A stretch of 64,000 nt of DNA from Cyanobacteriota bacterium (lineage in GTDB: Bacteria > Cyanobacteriota > Cyanobacteriia > PCC-6307 > Cyanobiaceae): assembly GCA_046052125.1 (NCBI GenBank), contig JBJOMY010000005.1, positions 160,001-224,000 of the forward strand. Reading direction: 5' to 3'. Positions 48,990 to 59,641 of the stretch are shown one piece after another (the stretch's first letter is position 1; each line of letters begins with the position of its first letter). Position numbers and translations under genes: made by a program. The notes beneath the pieces were generated by a model, which made no database searches, was not told the DNA's origin, and saw only the letters and a list, made by a program, of their open reading frames with translations.

Positions 48990-49397
48990 TCAGCCCTGAG
49001 CCGGCTCGAAATTGAGCGACGCGGAGTTCACGCAGTAACGCAGGCCCGTGGGGTTCGGGCCGTCGTTGAACACGTGCCCCAGGTGGGCATCGCAGTTGGC
49101 GCACTTGATCTCCGTGCGCACCATGCCGTGGCTGCGATCCTCAACGGTGGTGATCGCTTCCGGCTTCACCCCTTCCCAGAAGCTGGGCCAGCCGCTGCCG
49201 GAGTCGTATTTGGTGTTGGAGCTGAACAGCTCACTGCCGCAACACACGCAGCGGTACATCCCCTTGGCCTTGTTGTCCCAATAGATGCCGGTGAAGGCGC
49301 GCTCGGTGCCGCCCAGCCGGGCGACTTGGAACTGCTCGGGGGAGAGCTTGTCGCGCCACTGCTCGTTGTTGGAAGCGTTGGGCGTGGCGTCAGCCAT
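48990..49397 (-). CDS. msrB: Methionine-R-sulfoxide reductase
   Basis: GTERAFTG, CxxC pairs, GWPSF, HLGHVF.DGP, RYCVNS. Confidence 0.97.
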   Translation of the reverse strand: MADATPNASNNEQWRDKLSPEQFQVARLGGTERAFTGIYWDNKAKGMYRCVCCGSELFSSNTKYDSGSGWPSFWEGVKPEAITTVEDRSHGMVRTEIKCANCDAHLGHVFNDGPNPTGLRYCVNSASLNFEPAQG

Positions 49398-49422
49398 GGC
49401 AGGGATTCAGCGGATCCACAAG

Positions 49423-50706
49423 TTAGGGAGCCGGTAGGAGCTCCCGCACCATGGCCGCCAGGGCCGCCACGGCACCCGGCTGGCCGCGGAGGCTGCGCAG
49501 GTCATCGCGCATGCCCTCCAGGCGCGCTGGTTGATCCAACCAGTCGGCTGCTTCCGCTGCAATTTCCTGCGGGGTGATCGGCCCCACACGCTCGGGCACC
49601 ACCATCCGCCCCGCCGAAATATTGGGCCAGGCCAGGAACCCGTGGTGACGCATCCGCCAGGCGGTGAGTGCCATGCCCAGCAGCCGGCGCAACAGCGGCA
49701 GGCGCGCCAACAGGCCGATACCGCCATCCCAAGCCTGCATCACATGCAGGTGCTGGGTGGGCACCAACACAATCATCGGAATCCCCAGGGCTCCGAGCTC
49801 GGCGGTGTTCGCCCCCACGGTGGTTAGCGCCAGGCGGCACTGGCTGAGCACCCCATGGGCCGGCTGCTGTTCGATCAGCAGGATGCGTGTGCCCTTGGCG
49901 CTCACGAACTCAAGCCCTTGTTCACCCCGGTGCACGGATGGCTCACCTGCGCTGTAGTGGCGAGCGATCGGATTGGCCTCACTGGCGTAAGCCAACAGCT
50001 CCTGCACGCTGGTGGTGGGAGCCACCGGCAACAAAAACCTGCACTCGGGGCGCTGAGCTGCCAAGCGATCAGCGGTGTCGAGCAGGAACGGCACGCCCAC
50101 CTGCAACTTGGCGCGTTTCGAACCGGGCAACAGCGCCAACCAATCGCCGGCCGGCAGTGGCTGCTCGCTGCGCGCTGAGTCCGAGAGATCCGCCATCAGA
50201 TCGCCCACCACCTCGCAGCGGCTGCGCCAACGGCTGCTCAGGCGATCGGCCGCTGCGGGCCCCATGGCAGCAATGCGGTCGTTCCAGCGGGGCCAGCGAG
50301 CCACCCACTCGGCATAGGTGATGTGCCGGTAGCCAAGACGCGCTGAAAGCAGCACCGTCCAGAACTGATCGCCCCCTAGAAACACCACCACACCCCGGCG
50401 CGGCCAGGGGCCGTAGCGCCGCGGGCGCAGCAGCAGCCACCAGAAGCGAGCGGCCGGAATGATCCGCTCAAACAGACCCATGCCCGCGGCCACCCGGTGC
50501 TCTGTGCCGGTGGCATTGGGACAGGGCACCAACACCAGCTGCAGACCTGTGGCTGCACCCGTCTGAGACGGGCGCAGCGGCAATTCACTGCTCAGGCGTT
50601 GGGCCAATGGGCGGACCCAGGTGCTCAGCTCACCGGGGCCGTTGCACACGAGAACGATCGCGGCCTGCTCTGTGCCCGAATCGTTGGAAGGAGGGCAGCT
50701 CAGCAC
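49423..50706 (-). CDS. Lipid-A-disaccharide synthase-like glycosyltransferase
   Basis: NGPGE..TWVRP, FLGGDQF, LLPGSK, TTVGANTAELG, AWPNI. Confidence 0.85.
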   Translation of the reverse strand: MLSCPPSNDSGTEQAAIVLVCNGPGELSTWVRPLAQRLSSELPLRPSQTGAATGLQLVLVPCPNATGTEHRVAAGMGLFERIIPAARFWWLLLRPRRYGPWPRRGVVVFLGGDQFWTVLLSARLGYRHITYAEWVARWPRWNDRIAAMGPAAADRLSSRWRSRCEVVGDLMADLSDSARSEQPLPAGDWLALLPGSKRAKLQVGVPFLLDTADRLAAQRPECRFLLPVAPTTSVQELLAYASEANPIARHYSAGEPSVHRGEQGLEFVSAKGTRILLIEQQPAHGVLSQCRLALTTVGANTAELGALGIPMIVLVPTQHLHVMQAWDGGIGLLARLPLLRRLLGMALTAWRMRHHGFLAWPNISAGRMVVPERVGPITPQEIAAEAADWLDQPARLEGMRDDLRSLRGQPGAVAALAAMVRELLPAP

Positions 50707-50723
50707 CGGAGAGCAGCCAAGAA

Positions 50724-50805
50724 TGCGGATGGCGAGACTTGAACTCGCAAGACCGAAGTCACACGCCCCTCAAACGTGCGTGTCTACCAATTCCACCACA
50801 TCCGC
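50724..50805 (-). tRNA. tRNA-Leu(GAG)
   Basis: GCGGATGTGGTGGAATTGGTAGACACG CACGT TT-GAG-GG GCGTG, variable arm, GCGAGTTCAAGTCTCGC CATCCGCA. Confidence 0.96.
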
Positions 50806-51019
50806 GTGGTTGTGAGCTGAGCAACGCCAGGCGCGCTTCACTCGGGTTGGGGTCGTCTACAAGCGTTTGGCCGCAAGGGCGTTGGCTGCAGGCGTGAGGG
50901 ATTGCGGTGCCTGAGCTCCGCCCCGGAACTATACCCATCAGCCCGGCGCAAATCTGCCTGGTCAGCACTGATACAGTCCCCAGTGGCCTGCGCTGCCGGA
51001 TCTGCCGGCCTGCCACTGG

Positions 51020-52372
51020 ATGCCCATCGGCAAACTGCTGATCGCCAACCGTGGCGAAATCGCTCTGCGCATCTTGCGCACCTGCCGCGAACTCGGCATT
51101 CCCACTGTGGCTGTGTACAGCACGGTGGATCGCAATGCCCTGCACGTGCAGCTCGCCGATGAGGCGGTGTGCATCGGCGATGCACCCAGCAGCAAGAGCT
51201 ACCTCAATATCCCCAACATCCTGGCGGCAGCCACCTCGCGGGGAGCTGACGCCATTCATCCGGGCTACGGCTTCCTGGCAGAAAACGACAAGTTCGCCGA
51301 AATCTGCGCTGCCCACGGCATCACCTTTGTGGGGCCCTCGCCGGAATCGATCCGCTCGATGGGCGACAAGTCCACGGCCAAGGCCACGATGCAGAGCGTG
51401 GGCGTGCCCACCATCCCAGGCAGCGAGGGCTTGCTGGAGAGCGTCGATGACGCCCGCAAGCTGGCCGAATCGATGGGCTATCCCGTGATGATCAAGGCCA
51501 CCGCTGGCGGCGGCGGCCGTGGCATGCGCCTGGTGCCCAGCGCTGATCAACTCGACAACCTGTTCAAGGCCGCCCAGGGCGAAGCAGAAGCCGCCTTTGG
51601 CAACCCCGGCCTGTACATGGAGAAATTCATCGACAGGCCCCGGCACGTGGAAGTGCAGGTGCTCGCCGATCGCCACGGCAACGTGGTGCATGTGGGCGAG
51701 CGCGATTGCTCGATCCAGCGCCGGCACCAGAAATTGCTGGAAGAAGCCCCCAGCGTGGCGATCAACGCCGACCTGCGAAAGCAAATGGGTGATGCGGCCG
51801 TGGCTGCCGCCCGCACGATCGGCTACGAGGGCGCCGGCACCGTGGAGTTCCTGGTGGATCGCAGCGGCAGCTTCTATTTCATGGAGATGAACACCCGCAT
51901 CCAGGTGGAGCACCCCGTCACCGAGATGGTCACCGGGGTCGACCTGATCGCCGAGCAGCTGCGCATCGCTGGTGGCGAGCCGATTTCTGTGAGACAGGAC
52001 GAGATCAAGCTCACCGGCCATGCCATTGAGGTGCGCATCAACGCCGAAGATCCGCGCCAGAACTTCCGCCCCGCCCCCGGCAAGATCACCGGCTGGCTCC
52101 CCCCCGGCGGCCCAGGCGTTCGCTTCGACAGCCACGTGTACACGGGCTACGAGATCCCCCCCTTCTACGACTCACTGATCGGCAAGCTGATCGTGTGGGG
52201 CACCGACCGTGAGCACGCCCTCAAACGGCTGCGCCGCGCCCTCTCGGAATGCGCCGTGACCGGCATTCCCACCACGATCGATTTCCACCTGCAGCTGCTC
52301 GATCGGCCTGAGTTCCAGGCCGGCGACGTGCACACCAAATTCGTGGAGCAGGAAATGCTCCCGCCGGCCTAA
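51020..52372 (+). CDS. accC: Acetyl-CoA carboxylase biotin carboxylase
   Basis: [48 protein letters not shown]. Confidence 0.99.
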   Translation: MPIGKLLIANRGEIALRILRTCRELGIPTVAVYSTVDRNALHVQLADEAVCIGDAPSSKSYLNIPNILAAATSRGADAIHPGYGFLAENDKFAEICAAHGITFVGPSPESIRSMGDKSTAKATMQSVGVPTIPGSEGLLESVDDARKLAESMGYPVMIKATAGGGGRGMRLVPSADQLDNLFKAAQGEAEAAFGNPGLYMEKFIDRPRHVEVQVLADRHGNVVHVGERDCSIQRRHQKLLEEAPSVAINADLRKQMGDAAVAAARTIGYEGAGTVEFLVDRSGSFYFMEMNTRIQVEHPVTEMVTGVDLIAEQLRIAGGEPISVRQDEIKLTGHAIEVRINAEDPRQNFRPAPGKITGWLPPGGPGVRFDSHVYTGYEIPPFYDSLIGKLIVWGTDREHALKRLRRALSECAVTGIPTTIDFHLQLLDRPEFQAGDVHTKFVEQEMLPPA

Positions 52373-52713
52373 GCCGGAAGCACACTGGCTCGGATCATCA
52401 CCTGGGTGATCAGCCCCTGCTGACCCACCAACAGTTCGCGCACCAGGCTGATCAGCCCCAGCCAGATCACCGGGGTTACATCCACCCCACCGATGGGCGC
52501 GATCAACCGGCGGGTGAACGCCAACAGCGGCTCGGTGGGAACAGCCACCACGCGCCACAGCCCCTGGGTCAGATCCACCTGGGGGTACCAGGTGAGCACG
52601 ATCCGAAACAGGAACAGCAAGGTCCAGGCGGACAGCAGCACGCCCAGCACCAGGTGCACGGGCGGCAGGATCTGACGCAACAACGCCAGGGTGTCAGCCT
52701 CGGATCCCGTCAC
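52369..52713 (-). CDS. YggT/Ycf19 family membrane protein
   Basis: [26 protein letters not shown]. Confidence 0.9.
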   Translation of the reverse strand: MTGSEADTLALLRQILPPVHLVLGVLLSAWTLLFLFRIVLTWYPQVDLTQGLWRVVAVPTEPLLAFTRRLIAPIGGVDVTPVIWLGLISLVRELLVGQQGLITQVMIRASVLPA

Positions 52714-52790
52714 AAAGCCCTAAGCAGCGGTGAACGGATCGTAGGAAGCGGCGATCACTGCCTAGGATCCCCAGCGGATTCGTCACTGCC

Positions 52791-52913
52791 ATGACCCCCT
52801 CCCTCGCCAACTTCCTGAGCAGCCTCGCGTGGGGCGCGGTGATCGTGGTGGTTCCCATCACGGCGGCTGTGATTCTGATCAGCCAGAACGATCGGGTCGA
52901 CCGCAAGCTCTGA
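52791..52913 (+). CDS. psbX: Photosystem II protein PsbX (below ORF-track cutoff)
   Basis: [40 protein letters not shown]; lies between yggT and ycf66. Confidence 0.95.
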   Translation: MTPSLANFLSSLAWGAVIVVVPITAAVILISQNDRVDRKL

Positions 52914-52988
52914 TCGCCCCAGCTGGAGCGGGCGCCTGATGAGGCCTCGACTCCAGCCCTAAAGTGGCTCAAAAGCGCGCAGCGATCC

Positions 52989-53912
52989 GTGGTCAACGCC
53001 AGCCTGAATTGGGCGAGCATTGTTGGGATCGTTTTGGCCGTTGGCGGTGCATTCCTCTATTTCATGAGGAATTTCAAGCCAGCCCTGGCCCGCGATTACG
53101 ACGTTTTCTTTGCCGCCGTGGGCTTGCTCTGCGGCGGCATCTTGTTTTTCCAGGGCTGGCGCCTGGATCCGATCCTGCAGTTCGGTCAGTTTCTGCTCGC
53201 CGGCACCACGGTGTTCTTCGCTTACGAGAGCGTGCGCCTGCGGGGGGTGACCACCGAGCAGGCCAGGCGTTCCTCGTTCTTCGAGGACGACGAGCCCCTG
53301 CCAAAACCCCGCATGGGCGGTGGCCGCGACTGGCGCGATGACGTTGATCGCTTCGATGAGCCCCAACCGCTGCGGCGCCGGATCCGCTCCCGCGAGGACG
53401 GCTATGGCGAGCGCGAGGACGACGACCTCTACCGCCCCCGCCGCGCCCCGGCTCGTGCAGCCATTCCCGAGCGGGCAGCATCCCGCGATGAGTGGGGCAG
53501 CCGCGCTGACGAACGCGACTCGCGATCTGCTTCAGGCCGCGACGCCGGCCCCGCCCCCAGCCGCTTCCGCGCCGGCAGTGCACCAGCTGAAGTCTCCGGC
53601 CGTGAATTTGGCGCTCGCCGCCAGGGCCGCGAAGAGACGCGCCGTGGCTCCAGGCCGGCTGCCTCCAGCGACGACATGCCCCGCTCCAGCCGTCGCCCTG
53701 CAGCAACGGCGGATCGGCCAACGGATCGCCCAGCCGGCGTTCCTCAAGGTGCGCCCTATCGCCCCCAGAACCCTGCCGCGCCAGGGTCTGCTCCTTCCGC
53801 TAGCGATGCCGGCGTAAGCGATGCCGAGTTCCGCCCCATCCCACCCTCCAGCCGCGGCGGCGGCCCCGGTGGTGCTGCACCGCGCGACAACAGCTCCCGC
53901 TTCGACGACTAA
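52989..53912 (+). CDS. ycf66: Ycf66 family protein
   Basis: RDYDVFFAAVGLLCGGILFFQGWRLDPILQFGQ; Arg/Asp-rich tail. Confidence 0.93.
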   Translation: MVNASLNWASIVGIVLAVGGAFLYFMRNFKPALARDYDVFFAAVGLLCGGILFFQGWRLDPILQFGQFLLAGTTVFFAYESVRLRGVTTEQARRSSFFEDDEPLPKPRMGGGRDWRDDVDRFDEPQPLRRRIRSREDGYGEREDDDLYRPRRAPARAAIPERAASRDEWGSRADERDSRSASGRDAGPAPSRFRAGSAPAEVSGREFGARRQGREETRRGSRPAASSDDMPRSSRRPAATADRPTDRPAGVPQGAPYRPQNPAAPGSAPSASDAGVSDAEFRPIPPSSRGGGPGGAAPRDNSSRFDD

Positions 53913-54453
53913 ACACCTGCTGCCCCTGGCCTGTGTGCTCGGCCTGGCGCTGAGCAGCTGTGCCCTGATGCCATTGCGTCGTCAACCGTCAGCCCCCACT
54001 GGCCTTGGGGCTGAATCACGCCAGCAACCCGCCCTCAGCGGCGACGGCAGGTTGCTGGCCTCTCTTGTGGAACGGGCTGGCCGCACCACGGTGCTGCTTC
54101 AGGAGCGCCAGAGCGGCAGGGTTTTGCCGTTGCGCCATCTGCGCAATCGCCAACCCCACAGCTCTCCCTCCCTGAGCTGGAACGGTCGGTATCTGGCCGT
54201 GGTGGTGCAGCAGGGAGGACGGCGTCAGGCAGTGATTGAAGATCGCGCCACGGGCCAACAGCACCCGCTGTTCCTGCCCGCTGGCCAGGAACCTCAGCAG
54301 CTCAGCCTGGCGCCCGATGGGCAAAGCATTGCTCTCGAGCTGATCCAATCAGGCAGCCAAAGGCTGCAGCTCTTCAGCCTGAGCGCCATGTTGGAACCGG
54401 ACCGGCCTCCAGGGCTCCGCGAGAGCGGAGGCGGCCCGAGCGCTCAACCATGA
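53821..54453 (+). CDS. TolB-like (PD40/WD40 repeat) lipoprotein
   Basis: Lipobox LALSSC; PALSGDGR, PSLSWNGRYL, LSLAPDG. True start is probably downstream of the ORF-track start. Confidence 0.78.
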   Translation: MPSSAPSHPPAAAAAPVVLHRATTAPASTTKHLLPLACVLGLALSSCALMPLRRQPSAPTGLGAESRQQPALSGDGRLLASLVERAGRTTVLLQERQSGRVLPLRHLRNRQPHSSPSLSWNGRYLAVVVQQGGRRQAVIEDRATGQQHPLFLPAGQEPQQLSLAPDGQSIALELIQSGSQRLQLFSLSAMLEPDRPPGLRESGGGPSAQP

Positions 54454-54935
54454 GAGCGCTGAGCCTGCTGGCCGCCACAGGAACGGCGGGCTTGCTGCTG
54501 GTGGGCTGCCAGGGCGGGCTGCAACCGCTGCCGGGTCTTAACCAGCAGCTGAGCCGGCTTGGGGAGAGCCAAAGCCCATCGCTCGCCAGCGACTGGTTGG
54601 CCTTGATTGCCACGCGGCCAGGAGGACGCGCACAGGTGCAGCTGATCGATCGGCGCCGCAATGCACCGGTGCCGCTCCTGGGATTGAACCGGCCCGACAG
54701 CCTGCCGATCAGCGTGGCGGTCGACCAGCGGGGCGAACACCTGGCCGTCGTGCGGCAGCGCGATGACCGCAGTGAACTCGTGCTCTACCGCCGCTCCATT
54801 CAGGCGACCCAGCTGGTGCCCATCGAACCCGCCGGGGTGCCGAGCCGGGTGACTATCAGCGCCGATGGGCGGGTGCTGGCGGTGGAGGTGAGCCGTTCTG
54901 GGCTCTGGCAAGTGGATCTGCTGGAGCTGCCCTAA
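54450..54935 (+). CDS. TolB-like lipoprotein, second paralog
   Basis: Lipobox LLVGC; ISADGRVLA; ATGA coupling with the upstream gene. Confidence 0.75.
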   Translation: MRALSLLAATGTAGLLLVGCQGGLQPLPGLNQQLSRLGESQSPSLASDWLALIATRPGGRAQVQLIDRRRNAPVPLLGLNRPDSLPISVAVDQRGEHLAVVRQRDDRSELVLYRRSIQATQLVPIEPAGVPSRVTISADGRVLAVEVSRSGLWQVDLLELP

Positions 54936-54947
54936 GCGGCAGGGCGC

Positions 54948-55139
54948 TCAACCCACAAAGCCAGCCCAGCGCAGGAAGGACTCGCCACTGATCGCCTCCA
55001 CGGCCAGCACGGCCACAAAGCCCACCATGGCGAAACGGCCATTCACGCGCTCGGCATAGCCGCTCCAGCCAAAGGCGGGAACATCGTTGGTGGTGGCGCT
55101 GGTGGCGGGGCTGGCGGGAGCTTCAGAGGTGCTGGTCAT
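54948..55139 (-). CDS. hli: High-light-inducible protein (Hli/SCP)
   Basis: AERVNGRFAMVGF chlorophyll-binding motif. Confidence 0.93.
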   Translation of the reverse strand: MTSTSEAPASPATSATTNDVPAFGWSGYAERVNGRFAMVGFVAVLAVEAISGESFLRWAGFVG

Positions 55140-55146
55140 CGCGGAA

Positions 55147-57132
55147 TCAGACGCCGGAGTTGAAGGTATAGCTGGCGGCGGGCATCAGCTTCCAACCGCC
55201 CTGCCCATCGAGCTCGAGCACAAGGTTGTGAAAGCTCTTGAGGGTGGGGCGGTGACCCACGCTTACAAACGCCATCTCGCGCTGGGCCAGCAGCTCGTAG
55301 AGATGCTGCTCGGTGTTCACGTCCAAAGCGCTGGTGGCCTCGTCGAGCACCACGAAGCGAGGCGAGTTGAGCAGCAGCCGGGCGAAGGCCAGGCGCTGCT
55401 GCTCACCGAGCGACAGCAGCCGCGGCCAGTCCTGCTTGATCTCGAAATCCGGGTAGCGCTGCACCAGGGCCCCGAGCCGCACCTCTTCCAGCACGCTGCG
55501 CAGGTGCTCATCGCTGAAGCGCTGCGGATCCTGGGGGTAACAAAGCTGCTCCCTGAGGCTACCCAGAATCATGTAGGGCTTCTGGGGAATGAACAGCAGC
55601 TCGGAGAGCGGCGGCCGCTCCACCTCGCCCGCGGCGGGAGGCCACAGGCCACTCACCAACCGCAGAAACGAGGTTTTGCCGCAGCCACTGGGGCCCACCA
55701 CCAACACCCGCTGGCTGGCAGCCACCTCCAGGCTCAGGTCGCGGATCAAGCGGCGATCACTACCGGGCGGCACCAGATCCACATGGCGCACCAACAGCGA
55801 CTGAGCTGAGCGCGAAGCGTCATCCGCCAACAGATCGCGCTGGGCTTCAGAGCGGTTGATCGCTTCCACCTTGCCCTGGAAGCCTTCAAGACGACTGATC
55901 GAAGCGCTGAAGGCAGCCAAGCGATCGATGTTGTTCACGATGTAACTCACCGAGAACAGCACCTGAGAGAAGGCGATGCTGGCCTGACCAAACACACCAA
56001 AATCAACCTCCTTCGCGAAGTAGATCGGCGCAATCACAAGCCAGGGCAAAAAGCGGGAGAAGTAGTCGTAGGAGCGCTGAATCACGCTAATCAACGCCTC
56101 CCAGACAATCAACTTGTCGTAGTTACGGATCGCTCCATCGAGCCGGCGCTCAGCTTCGCGGGATTCCTGCTGCTCCCCGCGATAAAAGGCAATTGATTCC
56201 GCGTTATCGCGGATATGCACCAAGCCGTAGCGGAAATCGGCCTCGAGGCGGAGCTGGTCGTAGTTGAGGGCCACCAGTTTGCGGCTGGCAAACACAATCA
56301 CGGCCGTACCGCCCACCGAATAAGCCAGCAGCCAAAGTGCCAAGGTGGTGCTGATGCTCCAAAGCACCACGATGAAGCTCACAAACGTGAGCAGTGCTGA
56401 AACGATCTCAACCGTGACGCTCAGGCTCGTGCCGGTAAAACTGGCTGCGTCCTGGGAGATCCGCTGATCGGGGTTATCGATTTCCTCCGCGGTTTCGTCG
56501 TTGGGGTTGAGAACGTAGTACGCACGGTTCTGAAGATAGCGATTTAACAGTCGCCCGCTCAACCACTCACGCCACAACAGCCCAAGCTTGGGAATTAAAT
56601 AACTCTGCAGAGCCCGGATCGGTAGCGCCAACACCAGGCAGAAGGCGTAAATCGCCACCACCTGCCAAAACTCGTCGGCCTTATAGGCCACGAGCGTGTT
56701 ATCCACATTGCGGGCGATATAACTAATGCCCACATTGATGCCGTTGATCACCAAGATCAGCAGCGTGATCACCCCCATCAACAGCCAGGGCAACCAGCGC
56801 CCCTGCCGCAATTTGCTGCGCAGCGCTCCGAAGCAGATCAGGCCTGCCACGAACAGCACCATCACCACCGGCCCAACGGGGCTGGCCCAGATGGCGTTCA
56901 CCTGCTGGGGCACACCTGGCAGGAAGCGGGCCTGCAGCTCAGGAATCAGGGCACCGCTGGCAGCCACCACGCCGGTGAGCAGCAGCAGCGTGCTGCCCAC
57001 CACCACCGTCAGCAGGGCCAGGATCAGCAGCAGAAACTGCCAACCGCTGGTGTCTTCCACCGGCAGGAAGTAGGGCTGGGCAAGGCGCCGCAGCTTGCCG
57101 AGCTGACTGCGGAAGGCCTGCAGGGGGTTCAT
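55147..57132 (-). CDS. ABC transporter, fused permease/ATPase (YddA/ABCD-like)
   Basis: DNPDQRI, EADFRYGLV...AESIAFY.G, GPSGCGKT, LSLGEQQRLAFAR, LDEATSALD. Confidence 0.93.
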   Translation of the reverse strand: MNPLQAFRSQLGKLRRLAQPYFLPVEDTSGWQFLLLILALLTVVVGSTLLLLTGVVAASGALIPELQARFLPGVPQQVNAIWASPVGPVVMVLFVAGLICFGALRSKLRQGRWLPWLLMGVITLLILVINGINVGISYIARNVDNTLVAYKADEFWQVVAIYAFCLVLALPIRALQSYLIPKLGLLWREWLSGRLLNRYLQNRAYYVLNPNDETAEEIDNPDQRISQDAASFTGTSLSVTVEIVSALLTFVSFIVVLWSISTTLALWLLAYSVGGTAVIVFASRKLVALNYDQLRLEADFRYGLVHIRDNAESIAFYRGEQQESREAERRLDGAIRNYDKLIVWEALISVIQRSYDYFSRFLPWLVIAPIYFAKEVDFGVFGQASIAFSQVLFSVSYIVNNIDRLAAFSASISRLEGFQGKVEAINRSEAQRDLLADDASRSAQSLLVRHVDLVPPGSDRRLIRDLSLEVAASQRVLVVGPSGCGKTSFLRLVSGLWPPAAGEVERPPLSELLFIPQKPYMILGSLREQLCYPQDPQRFSDEHLRSVLEEVRLGALVQRYPDFEIKQDWPRLLSLGEQQRLAFARLLLNSPRFVVLDEATSALDVNTEQHLYELLAQREMAFVSVGHRPTLKSFHNLVLELDGQGGWKLMPAASYTFNSGV

Positions 57133-57170
57133 GAGGGCGTTCAGATCACCCCATTCTCACCGGCCCAGGC

Positions 57171-57533
57171 TCAACCCGGCGGCCAGGCCAGGGAGCGCCC
57201 ACCAATCACATGCACATGCAGATGGAACACCGTCTGTCCGGCCTCCGCACCGCTGTTGATCACCGTGCGGAAGGCCTCGAGGCCCTCCTGCCTCGCCACC
57301 TTGGCCGCCACCAGCAGGAGGTGCCCCAAGAGTTGCTCGTGAGCGGCCTCAGCCTCAAGCAGATTGACCACGTGCTCGCGGGGAATCACCAGGATGTGAA
57401 CGGGCGCCTGGGGGGAGACATCGCGGAAGGCGATGCACTGGTCGTCGGCATACACCTGATCACAGGGGATCTCTCCACGCAGGATGCGCCCGAAAATCGT
57501 GTCGTTCTGCGGCGGTTGAGGGGATTCAGCCAT
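57171..57533 (-). CDS. Histidine triad (HIT) protein
   Basis: TIFGRIL, PQAPVHILVIP, GQTVFHLHVHVIGGR..WPPG. Confidence 0.95.
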   Translation of the reverse strand: MAESPQPPQNDTIFGRILRGEIPCDQVYADDQCIAFRDVSPQAPVHILVIPREHVVNLLEAEAAHEQLLGHLLLVAAKVARQEGLEAFRTVINSGAEAGQTVFHLHVHVIGGRSLAWPPG

Positions 57534-57605
57534 CAGCGGATGCAGGGGCAATCAAGGCGATGAAACAGCGGTGGCATTCCACCCATGCCGGTTTCAGAGA
57601 GCCCG

Positions 57606-59147
57606 ATGTTGGCACGATGCAGCGGAGCCGCCCTGGTGGGGCTGGAAGCCCGCGCGGTGGCGGTGGAGGTGGATATCGCGCCAGGGCTACCGGGGCTGCA
57701 GGTGGTGGGGCTGGCGGACGCAGCGGTACAGGAATCACGGCAGCGGGTGCGCGCCGCGATTCGCAACAGCAACCTGCGCATGCCGCTGACGCGGGTGATC
57801 GTGAATCTGGCGCCGGCCGATCTGCGCAAGGAAGGTCCGGCCTTTGATCTGCCGATTGCGCTCGCCGTGCTCGCGGCCAGCGGCCAACTGGCGCCGCCCC
57901 AGCTGGAGGGAATCTGGTGCGCTGGCGAGCTAGGGCTTGGCGGCGAGCTCCGGCCGGTGCGCGGCGCCGTGGCCCTGGCTCTGGCGGCGCGGCGCCATGG
58001 AGCGCGGGCCCTGCTCCTGCCTCGAGCCAACCACGATGAAGCCGCCCTGGTGGACCAGCTGCCTCTCGCCCCGGCAGACACCCTCAGCGAGGCGCTGCAG
58101 TGGCTGCAGCACCCCGAACGAATCGCCGCATCACCGCCTGAGCGTGCGCCCATCAGCGGCTCCAGCAGCACCAACCTCAGCGATCTGGCCAGCGTGCAGG
58201 GGCAGCTGCATGGGCGCCGCGCCCTGGAACTGGCCGCTGCTGGAGGCCATCACCTGCTGCTTGTTGGCCCACCAGGCAGCGGCAAAACCCTGCTGGCCCG
58301 CTGCCTGCCAGGGCTACTGCCCGAGCTCAGCCGCACGGAGATGCTCGAACTCACCCAGCTTTATTCCGTCGCTGGCCTGTTGCCCGCCGATGGGGGCCTG
58401 CTGCAGCAGAGGCCATTCCGCAGCCCGCACCACAGCTGCTCCAGTGCGGCACTGGTGGGCGGTGGAGCACGGCTCAGGCCAGGGGAGCTAGCGCTGGCGC
58501 ACCGCGGTGTGCTGTTCCTTGATGAACTGGCGGAGTTTCGTCGGGATGTGCTGAATCAACTGCGTCAGCCCCTGGAGCAGGGAGAGCTGTGGCTGAGCCG
58601 AGCGCGGCAGCGGCTGCGCTTTCCCTGCACTGTGAACCTGGTGGCAGCCACCAATCCCTGCGCCTGCGGCTGGGCCGGTGATCCCGAACGCACCTGCAGC
58701 TGCGGCACAGCGCAACAACAGCGTTATTGGAGCCGGCTATCCGGGCCACTGCTCGATCGCATCGACCTTCAGGTGGTGATGCGGCGGCTGGAGGGCAGCA
58801 CCCTGGGAGCTCGCTACCGGCAAGGGGCCGAAGCCGAGGGGAGTGCGGCCGTGCGGCAGCGGGTGAACGCGGCGCGGCAGCGGATGCTGCAACGCAATCC
58901 AGGGGCGGTGAACAACAGTCAGTTGCCGGCCAGTGCCTTGCGCAGCTGCGCAGCGATCACGCCAGCGGCCCTGGATCTGTGGCAACAGGCGATCGACCAA
59001 CGGGGCCTCAGCGCCCGGGCGGCCGAACGGGTGCTGCGTGTGGCACGCACGATCGCCGATCTGGGCGGGAGCGATGAGGTGAGCGCCGCGGCCATTGCCG
59101 AAGCGCTCAGCTACAGAAGCTTTGACCAATGCCGCTCAGGGCTCTGA
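57606..59147 (+). CDS. comM: YifB/ComM Mg-chelatase-like AAA ATPase
   Basis: VNLAPADLRKEG..FDLPIA, GPPGSGKT, PFRSPHH, LFLDE, NPCACG, SGPLLDRID. Confidence 0.93.
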   Translation: MLARCSGAALVGLEARAVAVEVDIAPGLPGLQVVGLADAAVQESRQRVRAAIRNSNLRMPLTRVIVNLAPADLRKEGPAFDLPIALAVLAASGQLAPPQLEGIWCAGELGLGGELRPVRGAVALALAARRHGARALLLPRANHDEAALVDQLPLAPADTLSEALQWLQHPERIAASPPERAPISGSSSTNLSDLASVQGQLHGRRALELAAAGGHHLLLVGPPGSGKTLLARCLPGLLPELSRTEMLELTQLYSVAGLLPADGGLLQQRPFRSPHHSCSSAALVGGGARLRPGELALAHRGVLFLDELAEFRRDVLNQLRQPLEQGELWLSRARQRLRFPCTVNLVAATNPCACGWAGDPERTCSCGTAQQQRYWSRLSGPLLDRIDLQVVMRRLEGSTLGARYRQGAEAEGSAAVRQRVNAARQRMLQRNPGAVNNSQLPASALRSCAAITPAALDLWQQAIDQRGLSARAAERVLRVARTIADLGGSDEVSAAAIAEALSYRSFDQCRSGL

Positions 59148-59163
59148 GCGGCAGCCCTGATGC

Positions 59164-59304
59164 TCAATGGCGATGGGGCTGATCCCGATAGGGCTGCACG
59201 CCCACCAGCGGAGGCTGGTGCTGACGCTCCTCGAGAGGGTTGCCGAAGGCGTTGCCAACACTGGCGCTAAACCAGCGATTCAGAACCTGCATCAGCTGCT
59301 TCAT
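59164..59304 (-). CDS. Small hypothetical protein (46 aa), not in ORF track
   Basis: MKQLMQVLNRWFSASVGNAFGNPLEERQHQPPLVGVQPYRDQPHRH*; GAGG upstream; fills the comM-rpsU gap. Confidence 0.55.
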   Translation of the reverse strand: MKQLMQVLNRWFSASVGNAFGNPLEERQHQPPLVGVQPYRDQPHRH

Positions 59305-59346
59305 GGGAGACCTCTGCGGGAGTCCCTCCATCATCAACAGCCAAAC

Positions 59347-59384
59347 AAAAAGCGGAAACCGGTGTTTCTACCGATTTCCGCTTT
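59347..59384 (-). terminator. Intrinsic terminator after rpsU
   Basis: Minus strand: aaagcggaaatcggt-agaaac-accggtttccgcttttt. Confidence 0.85.
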
Positions 59385-59414
59385 CAGGATCACTGAGTGG
59401 TTCGGAGCTGCCGA

Positions 59415-59585
59415 TCAGCGACGGCGACGGCGCTGCTGGGCCTTGCGCTTGTACTTCTCAACCGGGGTCTCGTGGTGACGCAGGCGCTTGAGGTCGGCAA
59501 AGATCCCGGCTTTGGACACCTGGCGCTTGAAACGGCGCAGCGCCGACTCAATGCCCTCGTTTTCGCCGACGGTGACCTGGGTCAT
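59415..59585 (-). CDS. rpsU: 30S ribosomal protein S21 (below ORF-track cutoff)
   Basis: [56 protein letters not shown]. Confidence 0.98.
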   Translation of the reverse strand: MTQVTVGENEGIESALRRFKRQVSKAGIFADLKRLRHHETPVEKYKRKAQQRRRRR

Positions 59586-59641
59586 AAACCGATCAAGAAT
59601 CTGTGCAGTTTGACGATGGTAGCAAGCGCGGCGACCGCCCC

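Noticed and set aside
55800..56800. Slightly AT-richer patch within the ABC transporter gene
   Set aside because: Frame is intact; may be a recombined allele, but cannot be supported without computing GC3.
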